DNA of 63,761 nucleotides, filler included, from Octopus bimaculoides (lineage: Eukaryota): the NCBI RefSeq assembly GCF_001194135.2. It is 5 parts of 5 records of this genome, joined end to end, with 100 filler letters (N's around TTAATTAATTAA, not from the genome) between each part and the next. Parts side by side here need not be neighbours in the genome. Positions count along the whole stretch, not along the records: positions 57,247 to 63,761 come from NW_026413294.1; 4 more parts are not named here. One strand, given 5' to 3'. Positions 62,012 through 63,761 of the stretch are shown one piece after another (the stretch's first letter is position 1; each line of letters begins with the position of its first letter). The notes under the pieces were generated by a model. It was not told the origin of the DNA and did no database searches. It worked only from the letters and a program-made list of their open reading frames with translations. Made by a program: the position numbers and the translations under genes.

Positions 62012-63100
62012 ATATGTGTTTATACGGTATGAATGAAGAGACTCACATTAGAGAAGAGGCATGAGTGTTGTTCGACAAGCTGCACACACTTACAAGCACA
62101 AACTGTTAGACACATACAGAAACGCAAACACACACACACACACACACAATCCATTGTCATACGTTTCACCTTTTACATGATTGTGTCTTAAAATGCCATT
62201 ATGACAAGATGGGTAAACGAAGAAAAAAAAATATAACAAAATTTATATTAAAAGAGAAAGATCAAAAATAAAAAACACCCATAAAACATTCGGATTTTTT
62301 TCTAATGAACTCAAATATATAAAATAAAACTAACACACCTTATAAACACGCATGCATACATATACATACATATATATNNNNNNNNNNNNNNNNNNNNNNN
62401 NNNNNNNNNNNNNNNNNNNNNNNNNNNNNNNNNNNNNNNNNNNNNNNNNNNNNNNNNNNNNNNNNNNNNNNNNNNNNNNNNNNNNNNNNNNNNNNNNNNN
62501 NNNNNNNNNNNNNNNNNNNNNNNNNNNNNNNNNNNNNNNNNNNNNNNNNNNNNNNNNNNNNNNNNNNNNNNNNNNNNNNNNNNNNNNNNNNNNNNNNNNN
62601 NNNNNNNNNNNNNNNNNNNNNNNNNNNNNNNNNNNNNNNNNNNNNNNNNNNNNNNNNNNNNNNNNNNNNNNNNNNNNNNNNNNNNNNNNNNNNNNNNNNN
62701 NNNNNNNNNNNNNNNNNNNNNNNNNNNNNNNNNNNNNNNNNNNNNNNNNNNNNNNNNNNNNNNNNNNNNNNNNNNNNNNNNNNNNNNNNNNNNNNNNNNN
62801 NNNNNNNNNNNNNNNNNNNNNNNNNNNNNNNNNNNNNNNNNNNNNNNNNNNNNNNNNNNNNNNNNNNNNNNNNNNNNNNNNNNNNNNNNNNNNNNNNNNN
62901 NNNNNNNNNNNNNNNNNNNNNNNNNNNNNNNNNNNNNNNNNNNNNNNNNNNNNNNNNNNNNNNNNNNNNNNNNNNNNNNNNNNNNNNNNNNNNNNNNNNN
63001 NNNNNAAATTTTAGTTTCAATAAGTTGTATTCTAGCAAAACTTTTAAGTCACACACACACACATATATGCATTTACACACATGCAAGAGAAAGTGTGTGC

Positions 63101-63165
<65 letters not shown>

Positions 63166-63761
63166 TACATGTACGTAGTTGATGCATTGGTGTAACCATG
63201 GTGTTCTGGTGATCTGAAGAGCTAGCCTTTTATATCTGGATGAATTTGTAATTGTACATTTGTTCTGTGCAATGTGTAGCATGCATATCAATGCAGACAT
63301 GCAAAAAAATTTTTATTACACACTGAAATTATTATTACATGATGAAGGCTTCGAAACAGCTGTAATCCCATGGATACCAAGTGGTTAAGTAAAATATATT
63401 CACCTCTCATACCCCCTTACATTTATGGTCACCTTCTCTCTAAATATATAGAATGTGTGTGTAATTACAATTGGATGCACTTGGCACATGACAATTAAAC
63501 CACATAGGTTGCAGCTCTAACATTAATTGCAGTAAACTCCCTCTGTTGCTTTTACACACAAGTTGTCCACATCCGAATGCAGGCTATGATGTAATACAAA
63601 GGAATTAAGGAATACCAAGTTTTCTCTATAAATATATATATATATATAATCAAAATAAGCAACAGGATATCCAGAGGTAATGCAGTACGATTGTTTCAAG
63701 CGAGTCCATTAAATTGAACGATGCAACCATTACATCAATTTAAATGCAGAGCAATCCTCAG

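Noticed and set aside
1465-63170. Long ORFs of 170-430 aa in the supplied track (e.g. 1465-2655, 25780-26946, 38073-39039, 44893-46235, 54174-55252, 62340-63170)
   Set aside because: They consist of X translated from N gaps plus microsatellite flanks.

Overview
AT-rich, microsatellite-dense eukaryotic (metazoan) DNA. The SINE/LINE families and repeat density look like a coleoid cephalopod, probably Octopus (inference). The window is not one contiguous locus: four identical 100-bp linkers (44 N + TTAATTAATTAA + 44 N, a six-frame stop) join five scaffolds (1-13513, 13614-27691, 27792-41168, 41269-57146, 57247-63761). Two host-gene exons are well supported. One is a 510-bp phase-1/1 exon (16593-17102, +) encoding a Cys-rich region followed by the start of a legumain/peptidase-C13-like (clan CD) fold; weaker candidate upstream exons would supply a signal peptide. 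The other is a 151-bp exon of alpha-1,6-fucosyltransferase FUT8 (58807-58957, -). The rest is mostly transposon-derived: a full-length but decayed Tc1 element with DD36E spacing, mariner/maT remnants and a MITE, R4/Dong-like, RTE and CR1-like LINE fragments, Penelope GIY-YIG fragments, several tRNA-derived SINE families, two near-identical solo LTRs in inverted orientation, and a tandem array of zinc-knuckle ORF1-like units beside a telomere-repeat palindrome. There is also a 52-bp minisatellite and several long hairpins. Most ORFs in the supplied track are artefacts of N gaps and microsatellites. Repeat boundaries are approximate unless exact termini are quoted; nothing was checked against databases.
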